A stretch of DNA of 64,000 bases, from positions 868,001 through 932,000 of the forward strand of contig OX597815.1 in the NCBI GenBank assembly GCA_951406725.2, written 5' to 3'. The stretch is from Octopus vulgaris (taxonomy: Eukaryota). Every line of letters begins with the position of its first letter. Position 1 is the stretch's first letter. Below are positions 1-13,238 of this stretch, one piece after another. The notes beneath the pieces were generated by a model. It saw only the letters and a list, made by a program, of their open reading frames with translations. It did not search any database and was not told the DNA's origin. The translations under genes and the position numbers were made by a program.

Positions 1-33
1 AATATATATTTATCTATCTATCTATCCACTCAG

Positions 34-640
34 TTGAAGTCAACTCTCAGTTACTCGTTGGATCAGTGTCCTCCAGTCAGTTCTATCCTGGACCGCTTCT
101 TTCAGATTGGCTGTGTCCATTCCGATATCACTCTTGATGGTGTCAAGCCAGCGGGTTCTTTGTCAGCCTCTTCCTCTCTTGCCACTGACCATTCCGAGCA
201 TGATGTCCTTCTCCAGGGATTTTCTCCGCGTAATATGACCGAAATATGCCAATCTATGCTTGGTGATCCTAGCTTCTAGCAACATTTTCAGCCTGATCTG
301 CTTAAGAACTTCTCCATTGGTGAGCCTCGTTGTCCATGGAATCCGCAAAAGTCTTCTCCAACACCAAAGCTCGAATGCATTAATTCTCTTCTGGTCAGCT
401 TTCTTTAGTGTCCAGGTCTCGCATCCATATGTTGCTATTGGGAAGACAATTGCATTCACCAATCTGCATTTGGTAGTGAGTCTGATGTCTCTACTCTTCC
501 AGACCCTGCTCATGCTGACCATTGCCTCTCTGCCTAGTACTATCCGCCATCTTATTTCTGGAGTGCAGTCACCATCTTGATTTATTTTGGCGCCAAGGAA
601 GATGAAATCATCAACCACTTCGACCTCTTCATTATCGATC
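34..640 (-). mobile_element. RTE-clade LINE 3' fragment (RT C-terminus)
   Basis: ORF 163-618 contains FIFLG...YGCETWTL...AFELWCWRRLLRIPW...YFGHI...GKRGRG, typical of the RTE ORF end. Confidence 0.85.
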
Positions 641-2637
641 TTGATGCTGATGTTTGTTGTGGCTGCTGTTTATCTAGCATCACCTAAAAAGCGCCCATGC
701 TGGTGCCACATAAAAGGCACCCAGTGCACTCTGTGGAGTGGTTGGCATTAGGAAGGGCACCCAGCTGTAGAAACCAAGCCAGAACAAACAGTGGAACCGG
801 ATATAGCTCCCACCTTTGCCAGCGCCTGTCAAACTCTCCAACCCATGCCAGCATGAAAAATGGACATTAAATGGTGTGTGCATGTATTTGTAAAATTTCA
901 AGTGAAGTTTACTGAGTTAGGGTTAGTAGACATTTTCAAAATGGCAATAATTTTTGGAAAGAATCAAAGACTCTTACATGCACAGAGTCAATATATTCTC
1001 AGCATTCATCGATATTAAGCAGGAGCAGTTAGTAACCAATAGCAACGACAGTTAGCTTTATGTTAATGGCTGTAAAGTACTGCTAATATTACTGGTACTA
1101 TGGAGTAATAAATTCTATTTACAATATTAGTAACCATAGTGGTGGCCTGTGACTGCAGAGATGTTTTGATGAGTTGGATGTTGTAATAAAAAAAAGGGTT
1201 TTATATTAAATACTGTAGCTTCGTTTCGGGATAGAGACCCATCCAGCCATCATCAATTCTTCATCCTGATTTTCTACTTCCCTTCAACCTTGATGTCCTG
1301 CAACTTAATCTCCACCATCTTTTCTCCCTTTCCCCGCTGGGGTAACCAATTATCCCCTCTACAACAAGACACTTGTTCTTGTCCCCCTATCATCGTCTGG
1401 CATAAAACTAACCCTGCCTCAATGTCATCCACCCTCTCGGTAGAGGGATCTCACCTCACAAGTCACTGGTACTGGGGCCACATAAAAAGCACCCAGTCCA
1501 CTTTATGAAATGGTTGGCATTAGGAAGGATTTTCACCTGTAGAAACCATGCTAGAACAAACAGTGGCGCTTGATAGAGTCGTCTGTCTTGTAAGGTCTTG
1601 TTGAAGCATCCAACCAATGCTTGTCTGGAAGCTGGAAGTCTAATTAGGATGACACAATACCCCTGTGTGTAATAAAGGGTGGTTAAATGGTTTGAACATC
1701 CACCCCTAAACCACTGCCTCAGAAACCCAAACATGGCCAATGATGGAAGAATGGACATACACTGATGAAGACAAAGAAATGTCATCTGCTTAAATTACAG
1801 CAGGTTTTTAATTAGGTCAGATGTGTGGAACAGGATTAATTAAACAACAACTGCAAATTAACACTCTTTACATTGGTTCGTTAACGCTGTGATATAGCAA
1901 TGCCTTTTCTACATAAAGATATATTAATCCCCACTTAAAAGTGGATGTTGCATTTACAACACAAAGTACTGCATTATTTACAAGAGAACCTCTCACATGC
2001 AGTTGTGGTGCATATAAGCACTCTTGTTTATATCACTAGCAGGAGATAATCAGCTACTATTGCCGCTGGGACCACCAGATCATGTGATTTCAGCCTTCCT
2101 TAGCCTTGTCAATGGTAGACACCCAAAGCTAGAAATAGCAGCGATTCCTCTGTCAGTAATATACATGGAATTCCAGTATCTAATCAGGCACTGCAGTTGC
2201 AAATAGTCAGTGGTTTATTAAGAAAATAATCATTAATGACAGAAGTGGTAATAATAGCAAACGGTAACATTTATCCCCACTTGGAAGTTGATGTTGTGTC
2301 AGAACACAGAATACTGAGTTATTTACCATGAGAGAACCTCTCATATGGACCTATCCTGGCAGCAATAGCAGAGGATTATCTCCTGCTAGCGATATAGACG
2401 TGAGTGCTTATATGCACCGCAAGTCCATAGGAGGGGTTCGCTCATGGTAAATGATGCAGAATTTTATGTTCTAAGACAAACCTCCACTTTTTTAAGTGAG
2501 GATCAATTTTACATTTTGGCATTAATACTGGTTCTGTCACTCTTAACTATTTCTACATAATTTCAGCACTGCTGGTGCCATGGCTGGCCATTCCTTGTAC
2601 TTAGCACTTGGAAACTTCTGTCAAATAATTTAACAAT

Positions 2638-3008
2638 TTGATAAGATAAGGTCCTTAACAAATCCCCAGCCCTTGATAAGGTAAGGCCCTTAACACATCC
2701 CCAGCCCTTGATAAGGTAAGGTCCTTAACACATCCCCAGCCCTTGGTAAGGTAAGGTCCTTAACAAATCCCCAGCCCTTGATAAGGTAAGGCCCTTAACA
2801 CATCCCCAGCCCTTGATAAGGTAAGGTCCTTAACACATCCCCAGCCCTTGATAAGGTAAGGTCCTTAACACATCCCCAGCCCTTGATAAGGTAAGGTCCT
2901 TAACACATCCCCAGCCCTTGATAAGGTAAGGTCCTTAACACATCCCCAGCCCTTGATAAAGTAAGGTCCTTAACACATCCCCAGTCCTTGATAAGGTAAG
3001 GTCCTTAA
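2638..3008. repeat. 35-bp minisatellite, about 10.5 copies (TTGATAAGGTAAGGTCCTTAACACATCCCCAGCCC)
   Basis: Direct inspection; near-identical units. Confidence 0.95.
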
Positions 3009-3509
3009 TGCCCCCCTCCACCCCCCAACAAACATGCTGGTTGGTTGCTTGGCTCAACTGTTGACCTATGAAAAACATTTTCAGTTTGGTTGACTGTTTA
3101 ACCCCAAGTCAGTGTTGATCGAGTAGATCTATGATTAAAGGCAGTCCAGTCATGACCATCTCACCTTATTTTAGAGACAGTGTATGGTGGACTACATTAT
3201 CCAATATGTCCTTCCTACTTTTAGGATGGTAGGGTATGACTGGAGGGGATTTGACTGCTATTTCAAGTCAGGTTGAGCAAACAGGGCAGAGAAATGATGA
3301 TGGTCAAAGACAACTTGTCATTATCTCCTGACTCAGGTGTGTGTTGTAGTATATAGATGGACACACAGGCAGCAGCACACTTTGGATATATCAAAGTAAG
3401 GAAACCCAGTTAGAAATGCTAAATTTACTTTTCCAAATAAAAGCTATTCAGAAAAAAGCCAAAATCCGAAAGGTTCTTCCTAAAAAATGCCATGCATTGT
3501 AAGACAAAC

Positions 3510-3578
3510 CTCTTTTGGTTTAAGTTTTCTAGGGGCTGGCTTCGGTGCCAAAGTTTTGGAAGAATTTCTCATTGGTGA
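3510..3578 (-). CDS. RPGR: Probable RPGR-like exon 13 (SPMRNSSKTLAPKPAPRKLKPKE)
   Basis: Polypyrimidine tract with ctgtag| acceptor and |gtttgt donor; phase 0; no homology support that I can verify. Confidence 0.5.
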
Positions 3579-3699
3579 CTACAGAATATAAAAGTAGAAA
3601 TACTGATAGGGTACGACATCAGTAAAGTCTTGGGGAACAAAATGGGTCGAAATCTGAAAAATATCAATAAAATTATATTTTTTTTATTATTCTTCTCAC

Positions 3700-3791
3700 C
3701 TCGCTAATGTCTTCTGCCACTTTTTCTGAATTTACTGAATGATTTTCAACCTTTTCTTCAGATTCTTTAAGATTTTCCGTCAAACACTTCC
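3700..3791 (-). CDS. RPGR: RPGR-like exon 12 (GKCLTENLKESEEKVENHSVNSEKVAEDISE)
   Basis: ttgcag| and |gtgaga; 92 nt; phase compatible; acidic low-complexity sequence. Confidence 0.7.
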
Positions 3792-3916
3792 CTGCAAAAC
3801 AATGAAAATTGCTCCACATTTTGTGATTCTTAATAATTCTAATTATTATTTGACTCTAAATATATTTCTTTCAATGCCATGATTTGGTCTGAAAGCAATT
3901 TGGTTGTAATTAATTA

Positions 3917-4283
3917 ATACACACACACACACATATATACACATACATATACAAACACATGCAAACATATACACACACATACATACATATACATACATAT
4001 ATACACATAAATACACACATACTTATACATACATATATATACACATACATACATACACAACCTTTTCTTCAGATTCTTCACACATACATGCATACACACA
4101 CACATATATACATACACATACATACATGCATACATACACACAAACATACATAAATACACACACATATACATCCATAAATACACACAAACATACATACATA
4201 AATACACATACATACACACATACATACGCACAAACACGCACGCACACATACACACACACATGCACACACACACACATACATAC
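3917..4283. repeat. Compound CA/TA microsatellite filling RPGR intron 11
   Basis: Direct inspection. Confidence 0.95.
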
Positions 4284-4437
4284 CATTTGGTAGGGTTCCG
4301 TCCAGCTGTGGAATGTGATTTTCTTCTGAAGATGGACAAAGGACATTTTCAAGAGCGGATGATGCTAAAAGACTTCCAGGCTGACTTTTTCCGGATAACG
4401 AAGGAAGTGTCCTGTTCAGGGAAGAATTAGTACTCTC
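4284..4437 (-). CDS. RPGR: RPGR-like exon 11 (ESTNSSLNRTLPSLSGK...DGTLPN)
   Basis: ttacag| and |gtatgt; 154 nt open frame in phase; RTLP motif as in RPGR (RRTLPPI). Confidence 0.8.
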
Positions 4438-4739
4438 CTGTAAGAAGAGTGTACAATTAGTACAGACTCAGTGTATTGTTTAAGTAAGCAGATGGCGTCC
4501 CTAAGTAACTGAGCTCATTGACTCCTTCGTTTACTCAATTAATTAGTCACATCTACTCCTGTACAACTTAATTGAAATGACTGGGTGCTGAGGATTTGGC
4601 ACGACTGACCAAAGACTCAGAATGGTTTGGTGAGAGTATTTTTTGGCACTGGAGGCCAACATGAACACACATGCACACACACTGCAACCGAAATATGCCT
4701 ATACAAAGAGAGGGACATTACAATTACCCTATCATCATG

Positions 4740-7210
4740 ATCATTTAACATTTGTTGTCTGTGTTGGTATCGGTTGGATGGTTTGATCGGGTTGGCAAGG
4801 CTGGAAGGCTGCAACAGGCTCCAGTCTGATTTGGCATGGTTTTCTATGGCTGGATGCCCTTCTTAACGCCAATTATTCCAAGAGTGTAATGGGTGCTTTT
4901 ACGTGCCACTGGCACGAGTGTCATTTGCATGATAGCGGAGTGCTTTGACATGCCACCGGCACAGGTGCCATTTGTGTGACACCAGTATCTGCCAAAACTG
5001 CAATTTTGCTTGGCTTGATGAGTCGTCTTCTCAAGCCTGACATAATGCCAAAGGTCTCAGTCATTGCCTCTGTGAGGCGGAAGGAACTCAGCCACTTTCC
5101 CTCTGTTCTTTATGTACCACCAGCATGGGTGCTAGCTACCATGACTATGATTTCACTTGACTTGACGGGGCCTCTGAAGCACAGCCAAAGGTCTCGGTCA
5201 CCAGTCATTGTCTCTGTGAGGCTCAAAGTTCAAAGATCATACTTCACCACCTCATCCTATGTCTTGCTGGGTCTACCTCTGCCACAGGTTCCCTCCAAAG
5301 TTAGAGATCGGCTCTTCTTTACACAGCTGTCCTCACCCATATGCATCACTTCACCATACTAGCACAGTCATCTCTTGCAAACCACTTCTGATTCCTAACT
5401 TTTCTCTCAAGATGCTTACACTCTGTCAAACATGCACACTGACATTACACATCCAGCAAAGCATACTGGCTTCATTTCTTTCAAGCCTATGCATGTATTC
5501 AGCAGTAACGGCCCATGTTTCACTGCCATGTAGCATGGCTGTTCACACACAGGCATCATAAAATCTGCCTTTCACTCTGAGAGAGAGGCCCTTTGTTGCC
5601 AGCTGAGTTAAGAGCTCTCTGAACTTTGCCCAACCTAATCTTATTCTCACAGCTATGCTCTCGGAGCATCAACCTCCACTACTAACTTGGTTACCTAGAT
5701 AACAGAAGCTATCTACTACCTCTAGCTTACCCCACTAGCAGTTGAAGGAGGCTATTTTCTGCACATTTTCAGCATTTAATGTACCTGTGCACCTTCCACA
5801 TACAAAAGCTGGTTTCCGTGTTAACCTTCCTCGGATATTTCTGCACCTTTTATGTGTCCAAAGCTTACACTGGGTGCATCTTATGGAGTTTCTGCCAACA
5901 CCTTTTCTACAGATTGAACAGAACCATCTACTTGAAGGGATTTGTGAGCTGTCTGCCTTCCTACTTACTACGACTTTGGTTTTTGCTAGGTTAATGCTAA
6001 GGCCCTTTGAGTTTAGACCTTGCTTCCATACCTGGAACTTCTCTAGTTTTGGTAGTGATTCATTTATAAGAGCAAGGTCATCGGCATAGAGGAGCTCCCA
6101 GGGGCAGCTTGAATTCCTCTGTTATTGCCTGGAGGACTATGATGAACAAGTGGTGGGGTTTGCACTGATCCTTGGTGAACCTCTACTTCTATCTTGAATT
6201 CTTCGCAGCACTTATTGCCTACCCTCACCATACTGGTAGCAACTCTGTACAAGGCTTATACGGCTCTCACCAACCACTCATCTATTGCTAGTTTCTGCAT
6301 TGACCACCAGATAAGGGATTGGGGGACTCTGTCAAAAGCTTTCTCCAAGTCAACAAGGGCCAAGTACAGAGGTTTATCTTCGGCTATGTATTTCTCCTGC
6401 AGCTTCCTTACCAGAAATATAGCATCAGTGGTGCTTTCACCTGGGCACAAAACCAAACTGCATCTCATCTAGACTAACTCTCTCCCTAATTAGTTGGGCT
6501 ATGACTATCTCTATAACTTTCATCACCTGATCTAACAATTTGATACCTCTGTAATTATTTCTGTCTAAGGCATCACCTTTACCTTTGTAGCAGTTGACTA
6601 TGATGCTGCTACACCAGTCATTGGGTATGACTCCTTCATGAACCACCTGATTTACAATACAGGTGACTAGACCATAACCCACACTGCCAGATATTTTAAG
6701 CATCTCAGTCACCACTGATGGGCCGGGGGGCTTTTCCTATCTTCATATCCTTAATTGCTTTATCTACCATGGAACTGTCAATTCAGGTAACCAGTCCCCG
6801 CACTGGGTCAACATTTGGCAGATTCTCCTTTCCCCTTTCCTTCTCTACGTTCAGCAGTCTTTCATAATGGCATCTCCAAGTCTCTTTCTTTGCAGAATCA
6901 TTAAATGCAAGTGCACCATCATCCATGTGGACACATTTCTCTCCTCTGACATTATGATTTTCTCTCACACGCTGTCTTGCAAAGCGAAATACATTGGTTC
7001 TTTGGTCCTCACATCACTGAACATAGATAAACTTCTTCTTGTCTGTTTCTCCCTTGGTTAGATATATTTGTCTCCTAGTTTCCCTTCTGGCAATCTGATA
7101 CAGTTACCCGCTACCCCCCCCCCCACACACACACATTCTTCCAGGCCTGTTTCTTAGCTCTAATGGCTCTGTCTCCTGCATCATTCCACCATTATGTTAC
7201 CCTAGGTCTT
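4740..7210 (-). mobile_element. Degraded RTE-clade LINE (RT domain, C-terminus and 3' UTR)
   Basis: Frameshifted RT motifs: YKGKGD..NYRGIKLL, QFGF, STTDAIF..R, DLEKAFDRVP, VHQGS, (L)YADDL. The 3' UTR ends in the abundant (GAT)n-tailed repeat. Confidence 0.88.
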
Positions 7211-8129
7211 TGCACCAGCCACAGATTTGGTCTGTGGCACTCAGCAAGCTGTCCCTCAGGAATTCCCAGTTGCCCTCTATGTCACAAGTCTCGTACACAT
7301 AAAGACATACAGAGAAAGAGGCTCATACACACACACACACACACACACACACAGAGAAGCAGAGAAAGAGAGAAAGCAAGGAAGAAGCAGCAAACAGTGA
7401 CAGTGGGGAGAGGGGAGGAGAAAAGAGAGAGAGAAGAGAGACATTACAATTCATTAATTGAACACAATTGACTCAAACACTTGCTGTCTCTGCAGGCAGA
7501 GACAGAGAAATAGGCCGACACACAAAGTGAGAGAGTGAGGGGAAGAGAGGATGAGAGAAACAGTGAAACTGCTGATGTAAATTAAGTCAGCATCAAAACC
7601 CCTTTGACAAGATGTCTCTCACACACACACACAATACCTATCCTTGGTGATTCTGCAGTCATCACAAGCAAAATTTATATTTTGTTGAAGAGAGTGCTTG
7701 AGGAGACCTATTGAGTCAAGGACATCAACATCAAAATAAATATCAAATGGAAATTGTAGTTGTGATCCCTGTGCCAGTGGCACGTAAAAAGCGCCATCCG
7801 AACATGGCCGATGGGAGGGGAGAAGGTAATTTTCTTTAAAGTTAATTGATATGTTTAAAGGAAAGTGTAATCCTTGTTTACTGATAAGCAAGATAACTAT
7901 GAACAGGTTTCAGTTTATCTGGCCTCATTAGTATAAGATGCACCAGTGTTCTGATCGGTTATCAAACATGTTAATGACATTTAAGAAAAAAATACTCTGA
8001 AGAATTTTTAACCACTCACGTTTGCATACGGTAATACTATTTGTGTATTTCAAAAGAACTTGAATCATCATATTTCATTTTGGGATTTGGTTTGCAAGAT
8101 TCTTTATATGAGTTTGTGTGTTGAAGCAT

Positions 8130-8399
8130 ATTCTGTTGTGTCTGGGGAGAGTCATTCTCTTTTGGTGCCTTATGATTTAACACACACACCGGTAACATTT
8201 CTACTTTTTTCTTATTTTTATTTTCCTAAAATTTTCGTTGCGTCTTCCATCCTTTTCAATATTTTCAAGTCAAAACTATTGAAAAGGGTTGCCAGACGCA
8301 ACAAAAATTTTAGAAGAATAAAAATAAGAAAAAAGTGGAAATTTTACTGGTGAGTGTGTTACTTTATAAGAAAATGACTCTCCCCAGACACAATAGAAT
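8130..8399. mobile_element. Fold-back / MITE-like palindromic element
   Basis: Arms of about 125 bp (ATTCTGTTGTGTCTGGGGAGAGTCATT... and ...AATGACTCTCCCCAGACACAATAGAAT) around a short spacer. Confidence 0.75.
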
Positions 8400-8899
8400 C
8401 ATCATCATCACCATCATCATTTGCATGAGATTGTTAAATGTTGATAGTGTCATACAATAAAGTCGTTAAATAACATTCGTGACTTCTTGATCCATCACAA
8501 GTGGCATTTCTTGAATGAGTTTTTAACTTGGAAATTATTTCATTGCCAAGGAAACACAGGCACCACAAATGGTGCGACCACCTTCTGATAAAACACAATT
8601 ACACTCACACAGGACTATCATTTTATGAACCACACACACACACACGTCTGCCTGTCTGTCTGTCTTCATCCTCTGATCACTATTTAATCCAAAGTCATCA
8701 TCATTTAACATCCATTTTCCATGCTGGCATGGGTTGGACAGTTTGACAGGAGTTGACAAGCCAGAGAGCTGCACCAGGGTCCAATTGTTTGTTCTGGCAT
8801 GGTTTCTACAATTGGATGCCCTTCCTAATGCCAACCACTGTAAAAAGTGTACTGGGTGCTTTTAAGTGGTATCAGCACCAGAGCTTTTATGTGGCACCA

Positions 8900-9700
8900 G
8901 CTCTGGTGGAATCAAAGGGTCTTAAAGTTAACTGAGCAAAGACCAAAGTCCTAATTAGCAAGAAAACAGATAAACCACTAATCCCTTCAGGAAACTGGAC
9001 CCATTCAGTATGTAGGAAAGGTGTTGGTAGGAATTCTGTAAGCCGTACCTGGTGCAAGCTGTGGTTCCATAAAAGATACAGTGGAATCACAGGCAAGTTA
9101 ACAGAGAAAGCAGTCCTTGTGTGTGTAGCAGATGTACAGGGAAAGGAAAAACACTAAAAATGTACAAGAAATAGATTCCCTCAAATGCTAAGGGGTAGTA
9201 GATCATTTCTGTTACCTAGGTAACCAATTTAACAGTGGCAGAGGATGCTTTGAAAACATAGTAATTAGAATAAGAACAGAGATGAAAAAAGTTCAGACAG
9301 TGACCACCTTTGTTTGTCTCAGAGTGAGAGACAGACTGCATGATGCTTGTATGCAAACAATTGTTAAACGGTTGTGAATGAAGAGGAGAGGCAAAGACTA
9401 GAAAGAAACGAAGCCAGCATTTCTTTGCTGCGGGATGTGCAGTGACATATGTGCAGCAAATGTGTTGAGAAAGAAAATAGGCAGAGGAGGAATGAGGTGC
9501 ACCGTGCAAGAGAGGAGACTGCACTGTGATGCGGATGGATGGGGACAACTGCATAAAGAAGTGCTGATCCCTTAAGCAGATGATGGATGATTGGGGAAGA
9601 GGGAAACCCAGGAAGACGTGGGACAAAGCAGTAAAGTCCAACCTCAGGTTGTTGAGCGAAACCAAGAGGGATGGTGATTCACGGTATTCAAAAAGACCCT
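8900..9700 (+). mobile_element. Degraded RTE LINE fragment, same family as 4740-7210
   Basis: Reverse-complement similarity to 5200-6010 (SKGLKVN..KTKVL; GRGKPRKTWD). Confidence 0.75.
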
Positions 9701-11083
9701 TCCATCTCAGCAAAAAGGAGGACCTAACAGCATATTATCAGTGTGTGTGTGTGCTGCACATCCAATGTGTACCTATCAAACCTTCCCAGTTACTCATCTT
9801 CTTAGCAACCTCCTCTTCCTCATCCCTCTCACTACGGCACTATTTCTCTGCTGTTCTAATTGTGTGAGAGCAGAACTGCCCCTATTCCTTCCCCCTTTTA
9901 CATGACGTAATCCCTCTTCTTGAAACCACTCCCCTTACCACTATAACTCCCCTGAACCCCCTTTTCCCCTCAATACCCTCTCGTATCTGCTATCAAACCC
10001 CTTTTTATAACTCACTATCCATCCCTCTTCCTCTGACTGATGACCCCTATCACTGCATCTTCCCTCCCACCAACACTTCATCTCCCTATTTCTAATTTCC
10101 TTATACTGTTGCTCTCCACTCTCCATCATTTAATGCATTCTTCCCCTCATCGCTTCCTCCTCTTCCCTACCCCACTCATATTTTCCTTGCATCCCCCCCA
10201 CACACACAACCTGAGACTCACCATCACCCTCACCTCCATCCATGTTCTCCATTCACTTTTCTCCTCATCTCTACTGTCTGTCTGTCCCTCTTGCAAACCC
10301 CACCCCCACCCATCCTTGATTCTCTCCTGTTTTCACCTTCTTGTACCTTGAGACTATGCCCCGGCACCTCATCTCCCCCCTCCCCCCCCCCTTTCCTGCT
10401 TGATTACCCACCTGTCTCCTCTACAGCAACACACCTGTTCCAGTCTCTCGTTCCTACTTCAGCCTCTCTACACCTGGCAGAAAGCCACCCCCACCTAAGT
10501 CCTGCCCCTTCGTTCTGTAAACCTTGTGAGTTGCTTGATGATCCAACTAGTGCTGGTGCCATGAATAAAGTCCCCTAGTACACTGTAAAGTGGTTGGTGT
10601 TAGGAAGGACATCCAGTCATAGAAACCCTGCCAAAACAGACCCTCAAGTATGATGCAGTCCTTGGACCCAGAAGGTCCTGTCAAAATGTCCAACCCAGGT
10701 CAGTATGAACATCATCATCATCATCATCATCATCGTTTAACATCTGTTCTCCATGCTAGCATGGGTTGGACGGTTCGACCGGGGATCTAGGAAGCCAGGA
10801 GGTTGTGCCAGGCTCCAGTCTTATCTGGCAGTGATGGAAAATAAAGATGATGATGTTTGCCTCAGTCTATTGAGCTGCTAATGGCTTTGAACCCTTCCAT
10901 TAAGGGTGAGTACTTAACCACTGGAAACACTTAGTTGTAAAATATGTTCCAATAACATCCCAAAAATCTAAAATCCATAAAATCCGTTCAATGTTTGTTA
11001 TCAACAAAGCAAAATGTCTCCCAAAGACAGGTAAAATGGCTGAGAAAATAGAGGAAAAACCAAAAAGAAAATGTTGCTCTTAC

Positions 11084-11266
11084 TGTAGTTTGTCGACGCC
11101 GGTCTCTTGCAGAGAGAGTTCCAGAGAAATCAGTTGAACAACTCAATATGGCTGGCGGTAGGACTTTAAAGGTTTTGGCCGAACTGTTAGTATTTTCTGG
11201 ATGTGAAGTATTAAGGGAAGGTTTCTGATGTGCCATGACCATCGTGTGACAGCCACCACAAACAAC
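11084..11266 (-). CDS. RPGR: RPGR-like exon 10 (VVCGGCHTMVMA...GTLSARDRRRQTT)
   Basis: cctcag| and |gtaaga; 183 nt; end of the RCC1 domain plus the LSAR.RRR motif of RPGR. Confidence 0.9.
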
Positions 11267-12299
11267 CTGAGGCACAAAGGCAGAAATAATAAATTTAATA
11301 ATTCAAGTTGTTAGTCAAGGCAGGATTATTTTCTGGTTTGAAATTTGAAAATTACAAAATAAAACAATTTTCTCAAGATTTTCTACTTGATTCCACATGA
11401 AGGAGAGAGAAACAGTAAAAGAGAATGAAAATATTACATTTAAGGAATTGGTGGCAGTGATTCTTTTAGTTTCCATTCAATTATGATAAAATGTCAAACA
11501 TCATCATCATCGTTTAACGTCCGCTTTCCATGCTAGCATGGGTTGGATGGTTCGACCAGGGTCTGGGAAGCCAGGAGGTTGTGCCAGGCTCCAATCTGAT
11601 CTGGCAGAGTTTCTACAGCTGGATGCCCTTCCTAACGCCAACCACTCCATGAGTGTAGTGGGTGCTTTTTACATGCCACTAGCACAGGGGCCAGAGGAGG
11701 CTGGCAAACGGCCACAATCAGTTGGTGCTTTTACGTGTCACCAACACGGACGCCAGTCAGGTGGCACTGACATTGGCCATGTTTGGAAGGTGTTTTTACG
11801 TGCCACCGGTATGGGTATCTTAACTATAATTTCCATTTGATTTTCATTTTGATGTTGGTGTTGACGTACTTGACTCAACAGGTCTCCTCAAAAATAGCGG
11901 GTCACTCTACGATCCAAGGTTAGCACAGCAGGCCGTCCTGCAAGCCATAAACTCACTTCATTTGTCGGGTCTTCAAAGTCACAGCATATCTCCAGAGGTC
12001 TCGGTCTTTCGTCATTGTCTCTGTGAGGCCCAACGTACAAAGGTCATGTTAGACCACCTCATCCCATGTCTTCCTGGGTCTACCTCTACCCCGGATTCCT
12101 TCAACAGTTTGGGAGTGGCATTTCTTCACACAGCTCTCATCATCCATCTGTTTAAATTCAATTAAATTCTGCCATCAGAATTTTACACAATAACTTTTCT
12201 GTTGTGTTCCAAACACTAACTTAACAAACAAAGAAATAAATAACTTCTAGCTTCTGCCCCACTTTCAGGCCGTGAGCCCCTGCGTAAAAATCAGGCACT

Positions 12300-13187
12300 T
12301 GAACATTAATCTGTCCAACTTAAACTTCTCACATTCCCTGTTTTCTCTCTATGATGTTTTCCTCATCATTGTTTTTCTCTATGTTCAAACACTTCCATTG
12401 TGTGTTGAACAATGAGCTTTTTATCACTGACAGTTTTACACAATATCCCTATTGTGTCATTAAAGTTTATGTCAGAAGGTTTTCTTGGGACTACATAATT
12501 ACTGTATCGTTCATGTTCTGTTGCTACCAGTTCTCTCAAGATTAAGTTCATTTCTCATCTTGTTGTCCCAATCTTTACATTCTCTCTCAAACATTTGCTC
12601 AGATCTTCTGTTGTATGATTCAAACCTAACTCCTTCGTCAGATCATATTTGGACTCTGTTATGGAGTTCGCAACACAGTCTGTCCAGAACACTTTTTCTC
12701 ACTTTCCTGATGACTTTAGTAATTGCAGCATTTGTTGTTGTAATATTATTTGCTGCTGTTGTTCTTGCAGTTGTAGCTGCTGTTGTTGTCTTACTTTCAG
12801 TTGCTATTGTTGCAACTCAACCAAACTGGACAACAAATTTTCAATAATTTTACGATTTTTACCTGCAAAATTCACACAACAAAAACTTTTGTGAGTTTAT
12901 TAATTTCTTATGAGTTGTCAAAAATACTCGTGAGTTGTTTAAATCCCTTTTGAGTTTATTAATTCCTCATGTGTTGTTTAAATCCTCCTCACCACTGTTG
13001 TAATATCCTTAAAATGCTGGAGTGTTATAATGCCCAGCTCGGTGTACTTAGTAATACCAGTAACAACACGACTATCTCTGACTGCCTACTACATACTGTC
13101 TTGTGTTCTCCTATTTATAGTGACTGACTCATACCATCCATTTGTCACTTGGGAAGGGCATACCATTATTACTAATTCCCTACAACA
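12300..13187 (-). mobile_element. Gypsy-like LTR retrotransposon 5' fragment: LTR 13187-12996, PBS, degraded gag
   Basis: 192-bp TG...CA LTR followed by TGGTGAGGAGGA (PBS-like). Gln-rich gag start, then LRELVATEHERYSNYVVPRKPSDINFNDTI, typical of invertebrate Gypsy gag. Confidence 0.75.
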
Positions 13188-13201
13188 TAATGATAATGAT
13201 G

Positions 13202-13238
<37 letters not shown>

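Noticed and set aside
2638-3008. CRISPR-like 35-bp repeats
   Set aside because: Units are contiguous, with no spacers and no cas genes.
3579-3653. Alternative acceptor at 3654 for RPGR exon 13
   Set aside because: It gives a 46-nt intron and an in-frame TAG. The acceptor at 3579 has a better pyrimidine tract and keeps the frame open.
3914-4352. Cys/Val/Tyr- and His/Thr-rich ORFs (also 34484-34846, 41662-42094, 44206-44700, 45385-46637)
   Set aside because: Translations of CA/TA microsatellites.
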